Below are positions 50,459 to 59,971 of a DNA stretch of 64,000 nt, in pieces. The DNA comes from Eubacteriales bacterium (GTDB lineage Bacteria > Bacillota > Clostridia > Oscillospirales > CAG-272): positions 9,051 to 73,050 of the forward strand of contig JAZQRU010000045.1 in the NCBI GenBank assembly GCA_045629745.1, written 5' to 3'. Both the position numbers and the translations under genes were made by a program. How positions within the stretch are numbered: position 1 is the stretch's first letter; every line of letters begins with the position of its first letter. Below the pieces are notes generated by a model. That model searched no databases and had not been told where the DNA came from. It saw nothing but the letters and a program-made list of their open reading frames with translations.

Positions 50459-50535
50459 ATACTCTCCTTTCGATATGTTATACTAAACTGCTGTAAAATG
50501 CACTTTCGAGTTTTGCTCAAAAGTAACATTTGTCC

Positions 50536-50889
50536 TCAATTGTTCCCCTTTGCGGTGGTGATGGATTTGACAAGCATACGACGAATAACACCACATTCTT
50601 GCAAAAGTTCTTTGGCTATTTGCTCACTAATTGCATTTGAGCCGACAAGCATTTCAATCCAATATTCTGTTTCACCACATTCTTTGAGGGCAATATGAAA
50701 TTTGTTTATAAAGTCCGCTTTGCTTGCCGCATAGTTGGCTTCGTGGATGTTTGCACCGATAGAAGTCGCACTCCTAACAATTTGATTGACAAGCACACCT
50801 CTGCCTTTTCGTGTATCTACATCGTCGCAGACGGCAATTATATGTAAGGCAAGAGCCTTTGCTCTTGTACGCAATTCGGAATCTTTAAT
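50536..50889 (-). CDS. Four-helix-bundle protein (Avd / 23S rRNA IVP / S23-like), probable ATT start
   Basis: NQIVRSATSIGANIHEA....SKADFINKFHIALKECGETEYW...IRRMLVKSI. AGGAG lies 7 nt before ATT(50889), giving 117 aa. Confidence 0.9.
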   Translation of the reverse strand: MKDSELRTRAKALALHIIAVCDDVDTRKGRGVLVNQIVRSATSIGANIHEANYAASKADFINKFHIALKECGETEYWIEMLVGSNAISEQIAKELLQECGVIRRMLVKSITTAKGNN

Positions 50890-50913
50890 TATTGTTCTCC
50901 TTTTTGGTGTTTG

Positions 50914-51090
50914 GTGAAGTTTTTGCTTCGCAAAAGTGAAGTTGCTCACTCTGTTCGTAGTGAAGTTTTGCTCGCTATGCTCGCAAAGTGAAGTTAAGTT
51001 TGCCCCACTTCGCCGTCAGGCGAAACTTCACTCACGCAGTGAACTTCACTGCCAAAGGCAACTTCACTTGCCCGCAAGGGCAAACTTAGT
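50914..51090. repeat. Bipartite array of 8-nt repeats with unique, mostly hairpin-forming spacers
   Basis: GTGAAGTT at 50914, 50936, 50960 and 50988; AACTTCAC at 51024, 51042 and 51060; a degenerate AACTTAG at 51083. Confidence 0.9.
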
Positions 51091-51091
51091 T

Positions 51092-51131
51092 GTTGAAACT
51101 ATTGTTTGCAAAGACAAACAATAGTTTCAAC
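51092..51131. repeat. 17-bp perfect inverted repeat across the rlmD stop (att-like site)
   Basis: GTTGAAACTATTGTTTG-caaaga-CAAACAATAGTTTCAAC. Confidence 0.8.
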
Positions 51132-52469
51132 GTGTCCCGTCATAGGAAACATATCCACCGTAAAGACCGTATCACCGATGTAGCCAAGCTCCTTGAATTG
51201 CAGCATATCGCGCGCAAGAGTTGCGGGATTGCACGAAACGTAGATGATTTTGCGCGGATTTAATCTAGCGATAAATTCATTAAGCTTTTTGTCGCTTCCT
51301 GCACGCGGCGGGTCTAAAATTACGACGTCGGGTATTATTTTTTCTCCGCGTTCGCGTTCTGCCGCCTCGAGTATTTTCTCAGATTCCTTTGCGTCGCTTG
51401 CGTAAAAGCTTGCGTTGTCAATTCCGTTGAGCTTCGCGTTGCGCTTAGCTCGCATAACGGCGTCGGGCACGATTTCAATGCCGATAAGCTCACGGCAATC
51501 ACTTGCCATTGAAAGTCCTATTGAGCCGAGACCGCAGTAAAGGTCGAGGAGTGTGTCGCTTTTTTTGAGGCTTGCAAGCTCGCGAGCCATACCGTATATG
51601 ATTTCACAGCTTGCGTGATTTACCTGATAAAACGACGGCGCGCTTACTTCAAGCTTCGTGCCTGCAAGGGTATCTACTATATAATCTCTGCCGTATACCG
51701 TGCGCCACGTGTCACCGAGTATTACGTTTGTTTTTTTCGTATTTGTATTTATAAGGAAACCCTTTATTTCGGGGTGCCTCGTAGAAAGCTCGGATTTGAA
51801 AAAATCTTCACCCGTGAGGGCGCTTCCGTTAATCGTAAGCGCTAAAAGCACTTCGGAAAAGTCGTCGTTTGCGCGAAGATATATGTGCCGCAAAAGTCCC
51901 TCGCCGCGCTCCTCGTCGTAAACGGAAATTTGCGTTTTTTTAAAAATGGTTTTAAGCGTATAAAGTATATCGGAAAAACCGCCCTTTGCAAGAGGACATT
52001 CTATTGCGGGGATAACGCGGTGCGTTTTTGGTGCGTAAAATCCTATAAGGTACTCGCCGTTTTTGTCTTTTGCAACGGGATACTGGGCTTTGTTTCTGTA
52101 ATGAGTGGGTAGGGGGGATGCTTTTGTGTCCATAATCTTGATTTCGGAAAGCCCCGCCTTTTTGAAAATAGCCTCGACGTTTTCTTTCTTTAAAGAAAGC
52201 TCGTCTTCATATGAAAGATTCTTATAGGGGCACGCGCGGCAAAGCTTATTTTCGCATCTCGCGTCGCAGCGCTTTTCAGATGGGAGAATCAGCTTTTCGA
52301 GCTTTCCGACGGCGTACGAAGACGTAATTTTTATAATTTTCGCAAGAACCTTGTCGCCGGGAACGGTATGACTTACAAAAATTACCTGTCCGTCGATTTT
52401 TCCAACGCCAAAGCCGAGGTTCGTTATATCGTTTATTTCAAGCTCAACGCTTGAATTCTTCTTAAGCAA
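51099..52469 (-). CDS. rlmD: 23S rRNA (uracil-1939-C5)-methyltransferase
   Basis: TRAM domain, YRNKAQYP, SFYQVN, DLYCGLG, DPPRAG, YVSCNPATLARD and DMFP.T.HVE motifs. Confidence 0.93.
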   Translation of the reverse strand: MLKKNSSVELEINDITNLGFGVGKIDGQVIFVSHTVPGDKVLAKIIKITSSYAVGKLEKLILPSEKRCDARCENKLCRACPYKNLSYEDELSLKKENVEAIFKKAGLSEIKIMDTKASPLPTHYRNKAQYPVAKDKNGEYLIGFYAPKTHRVIPAIECPLAKGGFSDILYTLKTIFKKTQISVYDEERGEGLLRHIYLRANDDFSEVLLALTINGSALTGEDFFKSELSTRHPEIKGFLINTNTKKTNVILGDTWRTVYGRDYIVDTLAGTKLEVSAPSFYQVNHASCEIIYGMARELASLKKSDTLLDLYCGLGSIGLSMASDCRELIGIEIVPDAVMRAKRNAKLNGIDNASFYASDAKESEKILEAAERERGEKIIPDVVILDPPRAGSDKKLNEFIARLNPRKIIYVSCNPATLARDMLQFKELGYIGDTVFTVDMFPMTGHVETIVCLCKQ

Positions 52470-52537
52470 GGCTGGTTCTCCTTTCAAAAAACGGGTACGG
52501 GTGTTAAAATATTTTTCAAGACGTAAACAATTATTTA

Positions 52538-53368
52538 CTATATAAAATCGTCTTTAAACTTGTTTCTGTATTCCTTAGGTGTCATACCGAAGCTTCCCTT
52601 GAAGCTCTTTGTGAAGTAAGACGCATCTTTAAATCCCGCTTCCTCAGCAATTTCACCAACACTCTTATCGGTTAGTTCAAGAAGGCGCTTTGCAAGCTTC
52701 ATTCTATAATTTATTATATATTGTCTGAGAGTTACACCCTTGCATTCCTTAAGCTTGTTGCTTACGTAAAATGGGTGATATCCGAAAATTGCTCCGATTT
52801 CGGTATTTGAAATTTCGTCGCGGCGGTTTTCTCTTATGTAGGTGTCAAGATTTTTTACCATCCTTGGCGGAAGCGCCGTCGCATCGGTAATAGCGGCAAG
52901 TCTTATTAGTATGAGCTTTAACATAGCGGAAATTTCTGCGCGCCATTCGCCCTCCGCTGAGGTAGCGATTTCCGCAATTTCCGTAAAGTTTTCTCGCTCG
53001 TCGTCGGCATCTTCAAGCCTCACGGTTTTATCAAATGGGGGAATATCGCACTTATGTATAAAAGAATCATCAAAGTTATCGGGTGTCACAGGTTTAGGAG
53101 CTTCGGTCTCCGAAAAATCTGCGGTAAGGTCAAAGCTTATCACCGCCATAAGAAAACGGCCCGTTTTAAATTTGTATTTCGTGCCAGCGGGTAAATATAT
53201 CAGGTTTCCGCTAGAAAGCTTTGTTTTTTTGCCTTCAAGCGTGAGATTCGCCTCTCCCGAAATCATATAGAAAATTCTTGCGTCGTAGGCAATGCATTCG
53301 TCGCTTCTTCTGACGACGTCAACTATACCCGCAGAGCGCACGTAGGGATTAAGCTTTGAAAGATTCAT
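52538..53368 (-). CDS. AraC family regulator
   Basis: LNPYVR N-terminus; EIAEEAGFKDASYFTKSFK..FGMTP.EYR. Confidence 0.9.
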   Translation of the reverse strand: MNLSKLNPYVRSAGIVDVVRRSDECIAYDARIFYMISGEANLTLEGKKTKLSSGNLIYLPAGTKYKFKTGRFLMAVISFDLTADFSETEAPKPVTPDNFDDSFIHKCDIPPFDKTVRLEDADDERENFTEIAEIATSAEGEWRAEISAMLKLILIRLAAITDATALPPRMVKNLDTYIRENRRDEISNTEIGAIFGYHPFYVSNKLKECKGVTLRQYIINYRMKLAKRLLELTDKSVGEIAEEAGFKDASYFTKSFKGSFGMTPKEYRNKFKDDFI

Positions 53369-53502
53369 AGACTGCCTCCATTTTAACTTACTACTGTATT
53401 CTACCACTAAAATCGGCGAAAATCAACAATAAATTTAAATTCTTCAAAAAAAGACTTGACAAAGCAAAAAAACTGTGTTAGAATAATCGAGCAACTGAAT
53501 AA

Positions 53503-53577
53503 GGCTCGTTGGTCAAGCGGCTAAGACACGGCCCTCTCAAGGCTGAAACGGGAGTTCGATTCTCCCACGAGTCACCA
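53503..53577 (+). tRNA. tRNA-Glu (anticodon CTC)
   Basis: GGCTCGT/ACGAGTC acceptor stem, anticodon arm CGGCC-ctCTCaa-GGCTG, T-arm GGGAG-TTCGATT-CTCCC, encoded CCA. Promoter TTGACA-17-TAGAAT upstream. Confidence 0.95.
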
Positions 53578-53578
53578 G

Positions 53579-53620
53579 AAAATAGATAGGCACTCCGAAG
53601 TGAGTGCCTATCTATTTTTT
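53579..53620 (+). terminator. Intrinsic terminator after tRNA-Glu
   Basis: Stem aaatagataggcactc / gagtgcctatctattt followed by a T-run. Confidence 0.85.
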
Positions 53621-53660
53621 GATGCCCCATGGGCATCATCGACCTCTGCACGCCAAACAG

Positions 53661-54308
53661 ATTATTTGCCTTTTGAATGAGTCAAAGAGGCGAACAAATC
53701 TCTCTTTTGAAAATGGTCATGGCGTGCGGAGGTCGCATATCCACGCTCAGAGAGCGAGCGTGGATATCTTGCGAGCGCGGAGCAAATAACTTTACTGTGT
53801 ATACCCGTATAAATGGCAAAGAGCAAAATCCCGCGCCGCAAATTCTCCCACGAGTTTGCCGCTCGGGTTGAAGCTAATATCAAATTACACGGTCTTACGC
53901 GGCTTTACGTATATCTCCGAGCTGGCAATATACCGCCTTTGGCGGTATGCACCATGAAGAATCATTGAAAATAATGTCAATTCTTTTTAACTTTTCTGGA
54001 AGAATCTCACTCCGCAACGAGCGCAAAGCGCGATGTTGCGGAGTCCGCATATGCCGCGCAAAGCGCGTAGTGAAACGGCGTGAAAGTGTAAGAAAACAAC
54101 TAAATGTTGTTTTCCCTTGAGCGTGACCGAGCCGTAGCGAGAACAAGCTTGATTGTAAGCGGCAAGCGAGCATATATTCGCCGTGGGAGAAATTCTCCGT
54201 AGGCATCAACGAGCTCTGCACTATTGACTGATTATTAGTTTTTTTGAATGAATTAAACAGGCGAAAGAAACTTTCTATAAGAATTCGTCATAGCGTGCGG
54301 AGTTCGCA
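53661..54308. repeat. Non-coding mosaic repeat region downstream of tRNA-Glu
   Basis: Diverged ~78-bp direct repeats (53661-53738, 54231-54308) and a 14-bp copy of the tRNA 3' end at 53842-53855. Confidence 0.6.
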
Positions 54309-54511
54309 TGGGGCTAGCTCATTAAGCTAGCCCCTCTGTTTTTTAATAAAATTCATAAAATATTTAAAATTGCTTTTTTAAAACTCAAATAATTGAAATT
54401 ATTGTATATATTCAATAAAAATTCAAAATGAAATTTTGCCTATTTGCCTATAGGTTTTTTGCGCGTTATATGCTATAATATAATAAAAAATAAAAACTCA
54501 GAGGAAAAGTT

Positions 54512-57500
54512 ATGAAAAAACTTGGCAAAATTCTCATATTCGCGCTCTCACTTGTGATAGCGCTGAGTGCTTTTGCAATTGCTTCGAGCGCTGATACTTC
54601 TCCGTTTCTTGTAGAAGGTCTTTATCGCGAGAGCTGGGAAGAGGCTATCGAAAACGCTTATATCAAGGGCGATAGAGTTGTTCCCGTAGAGCTTCTCAAG
54701 GATTACGAAGCAAACGGCGAAATTGTTGAAATCACCGAATCCGTGGTGATTTCACTTAACGGATATACTCTTAAATCGGCGGCGGGAGCACCCCTTTTCT
54801 CCGTCTCCGGAAAGGATACAACGCTTACCATTAAGGGCCCCGGTGCGATTTCTTGTGCCGGCACTTTGGTTGAGGTTCAAAGCGGTGCTCTCGTTTTTGA
54901 CGCATCGGAAGCTCTTACGATAACTTCCACGGGCAGTGACAGCGTAGCAGTTGTCGGCGGCGGTGAAGAAAAGGCTTACGCAAGCGTTAAAGGTAACCTT
55001 GATTTTCAATCAAGCGCAGGAAGCCTTTTTGAAATGGCGTCAGGCTCTGAGTTCAAGCTTGAAACGGACAACGGTGTAAGCGCAAAGCCCACCGCAACGG
55101 CAACCGACGGCTTTGCAATAGTTATCGCAAACTCAGGCTCAAAGGTTAACGTTTCCGGAGGCAGCCTTGCGAACTCCGGCGGTTACATATTTAAAATAGG
55201 TGACGACACCGAGCACGAAAATCCTGTTAGCATTAAATGTGAGAGCGCAGTTCTCGTTTCCAACTCGAGCACTTACGGCTCTATCGTTGAGGCAGGCTCT
55301 GCCTATGCAAACGTAGACGTACGTTACTCCGAGGTTTTAGCTTCGGGCGGTGCATTCACCTCGGATAATACTCTCGCTGATTTTGAGGGCGAGGGACGCG
55401 ACAAGGTTTACGCGAAGCCCACTCTCAAGGTTAACTTCGTAGTAAGCACTTATAACGTCAGCGAAAATCCGAATGCAAACGCGAGCCTTTTCTGCGGTAA
55501 CGTTACTGGTATCGTTGCCGCATCTGAAATATGGAATACCGAAAACTCCTTTATAGCTATTAACACACGTCTTTGGGACGGTGAGTGCGGCGTGCTTCTT
55601 AAGAAGGGAAACAAGCTTTCCGTAACGAGCAAAATGCCCGTATCCGATACTAAAGCTCCTGCTAAAGACGAAGACGGTGTTACCGTTTACTTTACTCCCG
55701 GTGCAGCTACCAATAACAACTTTTCCTTAGAAACTATAGACGGCAAATCCTGCGATTTATATAAAGCTACTGACGTTACGGCAGACAGCAGCCTCATAAG
55801 TTATTATCTAGTAACGAATGAGATTTCTTCTTTCGTTGACGCAGAGTATAGCTCTAATTTTAACGATCCTAACGGAATTCACCCGCTGGTGGATTCTATC
55901 ACCTCACAGTATGGCTCAATAATCTACGAGACCTCGAAGGATAAGGACGGCAAGGATAACAGATACTTTAAGTGGGAATACGACGTAAGCAAGAACGATC
56001 AGTATTCATTCGATTCGGGCGGCTCCTACTTCGACCTTGATGCAGGAGGAAGCTACGGAGCTACTCGTGGATTTAATGCAATTGTTGATAATGAGTATAT
56101 AACATGGGATTTCGATATTACTTCTTCAAACGGTACGTATTCATCCGCAACTCTTAGGATGTTCATAAGAGAAAATGGCGGAAGCAGTTATACTGGCTAC
56201 TTCGCCTCCATTACGAATAACACTTTCAAATTAAGCAATGCACCCAGTGCTGCGATTCCCAAGCTTCCGGTGACACCTTACGAGTGGGCACATATAACCC
56301 TCGTTCTTGAAATTGATTCAAGCGGTGCTTACGAGGATGGCGGAGTTACCTGCTACCCAAATCTCTGTAATTCAAAAATTCACCTTTTTTATAACGGCGT
56401 ATATTATTACTCCACCGCGATGTTCAGCGACCTTATCGAGAGCGAAGACGGAATCAAGAATAGCGCTCAATTCTCTCTTGACGCTATCCGTTTCCGTCTT
56501 AGCGCAGGTCCTTCTGTTGACAAGACTAAGTCTACCTCTATCCTCATTGACAACAGCATACTTACCTACTATCCCAAGGGATATACGGGCAACGTTTCTG
56601 AGGCTGAAAAGGCAGCATTATATGACAAGACTAAGGAATACTATAACTACAAGACAACGTGCGAAGAGAATGGTGTTCCCGTAGCAAAAAACCTTAGAGA
56701 TTTTGTCGGTGATATGAAAATCACGCTTTCAGACGTGCTTATCAACAAGTCTATAATGAGCATTAAGGATGCTTGCGACGTTGTTTATAAGAAGGGCTAC
56801 CGTATGCCCGGCGCAGGCGTTATTGACACTGACGACCGTCCTGTTAAAGCAGTTGTTGACGGAGTAAAGTACTATGAGATTGAAGAGGCCCTCAGAGCTA
56901 TTGTCGACGGCTCCGAAGTATATCTATATACAGACGTCGATATTGAATACAACGCAAACTTGTCGTTTACCGTTTATACGAAGAAAGAGGACGGCGGAGA
57001 ATATAAGTTCAACGTTTTGTCAGACTCATACTACGTCTCCGAAGTTCGCGAGAACGGTGAGGTAGTTGGATACAAAACATTGCTTGCAAATACCTTTATC
57101 ACTGTCTATTGGCAGATAAACACCGGTTACCAAACTCAAGTTCCTCTCGGAATAGTTCCGACTTACGACTGGGTAATTCCTTCACCGAGTTATGACGAAC
57201 AAGGAAGATATATAGAGCTTCTTGGCTGGTCGAGCGACAAGAACGCAACTGAGCCAGAAGAATTAGGCTCAATAACTAAAGACGACCTTATTAAAGGCTA
57301 TAAGATTTACTATCCCGTTATGGGTGTCACCAGAGTTCCCGTAAGCTTCCTTGATGCGTACGGCAATCCCGCTAAGGATACAGATGGAAACCCGGTTGTT
57401 AAGGAAATCCCCGTAGGAACTCCCGAAGCCGAGCTTAATAAGTATTTTGACGGTTCAAATATGCCTGCATTCCAGATTCCCGACAACGACTGGTATGAAA

Positions 57501-58762
57501 AATGCTTCAGCGCTTGGTCTATTCCCGGCGATGTCGTTGGCAGAGAACTTATAACGGCAACACCCGAATTTTCAGAGGTTCGCATTAAAGCGAGCGCTAT
57601 AAAAACTAGCTTCTCAATTGTAAGACTTATTGACTTCTCTCCCACACTCTACATTTTGAAGCCCGATGCGGATTCGATTCCTGCCGATTCGGTTGACAAG
57701 GTTCAGTTTAAAGGCTTCTCTTTTGACGAAAAAGATGTTTTAGATTCAAGTAACCAGTACGTTTACGATAACGTAAAAATCGGTGATAACGTTTACTACA
57801 AGCTTAATTTATCAAAATCCGGTCACTTTGGTAAACCGAGCGCCCAAAATCTTCAGGATTTCAAGGTTTACGTTCATTATACCTATGAGGGTGTTACGAA
57901 GGTTGAAAGTATAACGCTTAGCCTTTCCTCGTATCTTGAGGCGGCATTTAATGCTGGAACCAATAAGGAGGAGAAATCTGCAATTATCGAGATTATGCGA
58001 CTTATAATGGCTTATCTCGAGCTTGCAGAAAACACCGACGCAAGTGTATATGCGACCTGCGCGAAATACGTGAACGACTCGAAATATGCAGAATATCTCA
58101 GTGAGTATACTAAGGCGATAGATTCCATATCTTCTGAAAAGAAAGCTGCAAATGCGACAATGCTTGAAAGCCTTTACGAGCACGCAGAGGATAATATCAG
58201 ATGGAACTTCGTTACTAACGTTATAAGCTTTACACCTAAAAAGGAAAAATATCCGAGACTCTCAAACGATTGGACTCCTGCAAAGGAAGAAGATGACGGT
58301 GTAGTGGTTAGAATTGTTACTACGAATTCGCTGGAAATGGGCGATGCATTAGATAAGGCTGCAGGCACTTATACTTTTGGCTTAGGTTTCGATTCTGTCA
58401 AAAGCACAAGAACGTCAATGATTACGGCTTATGATACCAGTACTGCTAATAATGCGAAAGATATGATAGGCTTTGACTTCCTTAACGAATATTATGTAGA
58501 CGCAAGAACGAAGTTGCACACCCAGTACTACAACCTCACGGCTCATATCACCGAGCTTACAAGGCGTATTGACGAAATTAAAGACGATGCAGATCAAGCT
58601 GCTCTTAAGGCCGAGCTTGAAGCGGAGCTTAAGATGGCAGAGATTATCCTTTCAACTCACGTGGCTCTTCAGAAGTGCACGTTTGAAAGCAGCTCAAATG
58701 GCGCGCCTATTGAAATTCCGGGTACAGTTATTCCTCCCGCAGTTGCTTTACCTAAGCGATAA
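54512..58762 (+). CDS. Large secreted/cell-surface protein (1416 aa), function unknown
   Basis: Signal peptide MKKLGKILIFALSLVIALSAFAIASSA; beta-rich N-terminus; WAHITLV...IHLFYNG (LamG-like) segment; GWS/AWS segments resembling B-repeats. Confidence 0.8.
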   Translation: MKKLGKILIFALSLVIALSAFAIASSADTSPFLVEGLYRESWEEAIENAYIKGDRVVPVELLKDYEANGEIVEITESVVISLNGYTLKSAAGAPLFSVSGKDTTLTIKGPGAISCAGTLVEVQSGALVFDASEALTITSTGSDSVAVVGGGEEKAYASVKGNLDFQSSAGSLFEMASGSEFKLETDNGVSAKPTATATDGFAIVIANSGSKVNVSGGSLANSGGYIFKIGDDTEHENPVSIKCESAVLVSNSSTYGSIVEAGSAYANVDVRYSEVLASGGAFTSDNTLADFEGEGRDKVYAKPTLKVNFVVSTYNVSENPNANASLFCGNVTGIVAASEIWNTENSFIAINTRLWDGECGVLLKKGNKLSVTSKMPVSDTKAPAKDEDGVTVYFTPGAATNNNFSLETIDGKSCDLYKATDVTADSSLISYYLVTNEISSFVDAEYSSNFNDPNGIHPLVDSITSQYGSIIYETSKDKDGKDNRYFKWEYDVSKNDQYSFDSGGSYFDLDAGGSYGATRGFNAIVDNEYITWDFDITSSNGTYSSATLRMFIRENGGSSYTGYFASITNNTFKLSNAPSAAIPKLPVTPYEWAHITLVLEIDSSGAYEDGGVTCYPNLCNSKIHLFYNGVYYYSTAMFSDLIESEDGIKNSAQFSLDAIRFRLSAGPSVDKTKSTSILIDNSILTYYPKGYTGNVSEAEKAALYDKTKEYYNYKTTCEENGVPVAKNLRDFVGDMKITLSDVLINKSIMSIKDACDVVYKKGYRMPGAGVIDTDDRPVKAVVDGVKYYEIEEALRAIVDGSEVYLYTDVDIEYNANLSFTVYTKKEDGGEYKFNVLSDSYYVSEVRENGEVVGYKTLLANTFITVYWQINTGYQTQVPLGIVPTYDWVIPSPSYDEQGRYIELLGWSSDKNATEPEELGSITKDDLIKGYKIYYPVMGVTRVPVSFLDAYGNPAKDTDGNPVVKEIPVGTPEAELNKYFDGSNMPAFQIPDNDWYEKCFSAWSIPGDVVGRELITATPEFSEVRIKASAIKTSFSIVRLIDFSPTLYILKPDADSIPADSVDKVQFKGFSFDEKDVLDSSNQYVYDNVKIGDNVYYKLNLSKSGHFGKPSAQNLQDFKVYVHYTYEGVTKVESITLSLSSYLEAAFNAGTNKEEKSAIIEIMRLIMAYLELAENTDASVYATCAKYVNDSKYAEYLSEYTKAIDSISSEKKAANATMLESLYEHAEDNIRWNFVTNVISFTPKKEKYPRLSNDWTPAKEEDDGVVVRIVTTNSLEMGDALDKAAGTYTFGLGFDSVKSTRTSMITAYDTSTANNAKDMIGFDFLNEYYVDARTKLHTQYYNLTAHITELTRRIDEIKDDADQAALKAELEAELKMAEIILSTHVALQKCTFESSSNGAPIEIPGTVIPPAVALPKR

Positions 58763-58970
58763 TCAACTAAATTAAAAAAACTAAGGACTCTCGTTTTATT
58801 GCGAGAGTCCTTTTTATACCAGTAAAAATAAGTAAGGTAAGGCTTATATTGGAATAACATAGCTTTTTTTTTCAAAATAATCTTCGATTGGGATTTTTTA
58901 TTCATTGTAGAATCTCTTTCTTTTTGGTATTATTGTTTTGTATTTTGAAAAAAAGAAGAAAGGAGAAAAA

Positions 58971-59891
58971 ATGATTAAAACTCAAAATGCAATTTTAAAA
59001 ATCACCTCTCTTATTTTGTTTCTGTGCCTGTGCTTCCCGTTATTTTCATTTAAGTCGGGCGCAGTACATAACGAGGGGGTAAAAGAAAGAAGTGTCAAGA
59101 CTTATCTTGCCGTCAAGGGAATTCAGAACACCAAGACAAGCGCGTATACCTCGCGCGCCATAACGAAAGACGGAAAGTCGCTCGGCATAAACGCTTTAAT
59201 AATAAACGGAAGCTTTTACGTGCCCGTGAGGGCATTTTTGGGCTCTGTTGCACCGAGTATGAAGGTTAGCTATTCAAATTCCTCGAAAACGCTTACCGTC
59301 TCCGGCGCGGGACTTTATCTTACGGCTGCCGACGGCTCTTACGCGGTTTATGCAAACGACAGAATTCTTTTCGACCTGACGCCTGTAAGGCTTATGTCAG
59401 ACGGACGGATTTATATGCCTGCAAAAACGCTTGCTAAGGCTCTTGGCCTCAGTCTTACGGAAAGAAGCTCGGCACTTGATTTTTCAGGAACGGTGAGTCC
59501 AATTCTTGCGGGCGCTAAGTTTTACAGAGAGGACGCTGTATATTGGCTCTCCCGTATAATAAGCGCGGAAAGCCGTGGCGAGCCTCTTATCGGGCAGATA
59601 GCGGTTGGCAACGTAATTATGAACCGCGTCAACTCAGCAAGCTTCCCAAATACTATCTGGGGCGTAATTTTCGACAGAAAATACGGTGTTCAGTTCAGTC
59701 CCGTAGCAAACGGCACGATTTACGACACCCCAGCTTACACCTCGGTGCTTGCGGCAAAAATTTGTCTTGAAGGCTTTTCCGTATCAGAGGATATTCTCTA
59801 CTTTTTAGCTCCGCGATACGCAACGTCAAGCTGGATAGGAAATAACCGCCCTTACGTTTTCACGGTTAAAAATCACGAGTTTTACGCCTGA
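58971..59891 (+). CDS. SleB-family cell wall hydrolase with N-terminal stalk (copper amine oxidase N-like) domains
   Basis: WLSRIISAESRGEP..GQIAVGNVIMNRV...FPNTI.GVIF...QFSPV...HEF; YVPVR and YMPAK stalk motifs. Confidence 0.88.
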   Translation: MIKTQNAILKITSLILFLCLCFPLFSFKSGAVHNEGVKERSVKTYLAVKGIQNTKTSAYTSRAITKDGKSLGINALIINGSFYVPVRAFLGSVAPSMKVSYSNSSKTLTVSGAGLYLTAADGSYAVYANDRILFDLTPVRLMSDGRIYMPAKTLAKALGLSLTERSSALDFSGTVSPILAGAKFYREDAVYWLSRIISAESRGEPLIGQIAVGNVIMNRVNSASFPNTIWGVIFDRKYGVQFSPVANGTIYDTPAYTSVLAAKICLEGFSVSEDILYFLAPRYATSSWIGNNRPYVFTVKNHEFYA

Positions 59892-59971
59892 TTTTTGAAA
59901 ACACTTGAAATCCTAACACTTTTGTTGTATACTGTAGATAAGATATATAAATAAATTATAGGAGCAATACT

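Noticed and set aside
50914-51090. CRISPR array or DGR
   Set aside because: Repeats are only 8 nt, invert midway and have 10-20 nt self-complementary spacers. No cas gene, reverse transcriptase or TR/VR pair is in the window.
53604-54221. Short ORFs downstream of tRNA-Glu
   Set aside because: No RBS or motifs; they overlap a repeat-rich non-coding region.
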